Shown here one piece after another: positions 9,427-10,171 of a stretch of 10,171 bases of DNA (the first letter of the stretch is position 1; every line of letters begins with the position of its first letter). The position numbers were made by a program, and so were the translations under genes. The stretch is taken from UHGV virus genome UHGV-0316333, one strand, 5' to 3'. The DNA comes from a virus. The notes beneath the pieces are model-generated. The model was not told the origin of the DNA. It worked only from the letters and a program-made list of their open reading frames with translations, and made no database searches.

Positions 9427-9449
9427 CTCATTAACAGATTAATTTTTCA

Positions 9450-10171
9450 TTACCAGCCAAAGCGCGTATAGCCAACATCATGGCTGACATCAAAACCGCT
9501 GGATCGCGTTTCCATAACCCGCATACCCGGAGGCGAATTCACAAAAGAGACCTTGATCTCACCATCAACTTTTGGCGCAGAAGCTTTGTTAATCATGAAG
9601 GGATTCGGGCCTGTGGCATCGGAGGCGTTGTTTGACTGAGCCAGATCCACCGCCGGATAAGGTATGTATCCCCGCGCCGGTATTCCCGTCCCATAAGCAT
9701 CATAAGCACCCGCGCCCCACTGCGCCGAGTTAATGGCATCGACCGTGTCACCTGAACTGTCGGTAAACCACTCAATAATTGGCTTCAGCTTATCCCACAT
9801 ATCCTGAAACCACTTAACAACCGGTCCCCAGTTATTGATCACCATCCCCAGCGGCGACCAGGCAAAAACCTTCTTCAGAAGTTCCCAGCCAACCTCAAAA
9901 TAAGGACTAATGGTTTCCCAGAGTTTCTTAAAATAAGGTCCGACAACATCCCAGTTAGTGATAATTAATCCCGCAGCCAGGGCAATCGCCGTCGCAATCA
10001 TGCCAATCGGCGTCATCGACATGATCCTGCTGACGATACTGATGGCACTGCCCACGCCCATCAATCCCAGTTTCAGAATCGCAAGACCGGCAGCAAGCCC
10101 GACGACGCCGCGAATAACCCGGGGATTTTCATCCGCAAACTTCGTGAATTTCTCCCCCAACTCCCCCAGCC
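9450..10171 (-). CDS. Tail tape-measure protein, C-terminal portion (partial; continues beyond the right window edge)
   Basis: The frame stays open to the window end. The translation shows hydrophobic Gly/Ala-rich segments followed by a Trp-rich region (NWDVVGPYFKKLWE..., NNWGPVVKWFQDMWDKLKPIIEWF), typical of tape-measure C-termini, and it sits directly upstream of the N/P/baseplate block. Confidence 0.65.
   Translation of the reverse strand, partial: LGELGEKFTKFADENPRVIRGVVGLAAGLAILKLGLMGVGSAISIVSRIMSMTPIGMIATAIALAAGLIITNWDVVGPYFKKLWETISPYFEVGWELLKKVFAWSPLGMVINNWGPVVKWFQDMWDKLKPIIEWFTDSSGDTVDAINSAQWGAGAYDAYGTGIPARGYIPYPAVDLAQSNNASDATGPNPFMINKASAPKVDGEIKVSFVNSPPGMRVMETRSSGFDVSHDVGYTRFGW

Overview
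This window is the right-hand end of an e14-like / Mu-tail-type enterobacterial prophage, read here on the minus strand, followed by a compositionally distinct AT-rich cargo region. From right to left it holds the C-terminal end of a tape-measure protein (9450..10171, partial), then a Mu-like baseplate and tail block (gp43/N, gp44/P, gp45, gp46, gp47/J-like, gp48/YmfQ-like), then a tail fibre gene and its tail-fibre assembly gene (tfa). The fibre's C-terminal half and the tfa sit inside a roughly 1.6 kb invertible segment bounded by two 26-bp Hin/Gin/Pin-type crossover sites in inverted orientation (2490..2515 and 4086..4111). The segment also carries a silent alternative fibre C-terminus and a short alternative tfa on the plus strand, and the Pin invertase gene (1881..2435, minus) lies immediately outside it. 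Beyond pin, where e14 carries mcrA and Mu carries mom, there is instead a lower-GC gene (1050..1823, plus) whose N-terminus carries a recognisable GIY-YIG nuclease motif set with an unrecognised C-terminal domain of about 150 aa. This gene is bracketed by two copies of a roughly 40-bp hairpin-containing direct repeat. Further left is a very AT-rich stretch with a minus-strand ORF (387..1) that runs off the window edge. The GIY-YIG cargo gene and its AT-rich neighbour are the best candidates for an undescribed defence or selfish-nuclease module. All calls come from reading the sequence and translations by eye; no database search was run.
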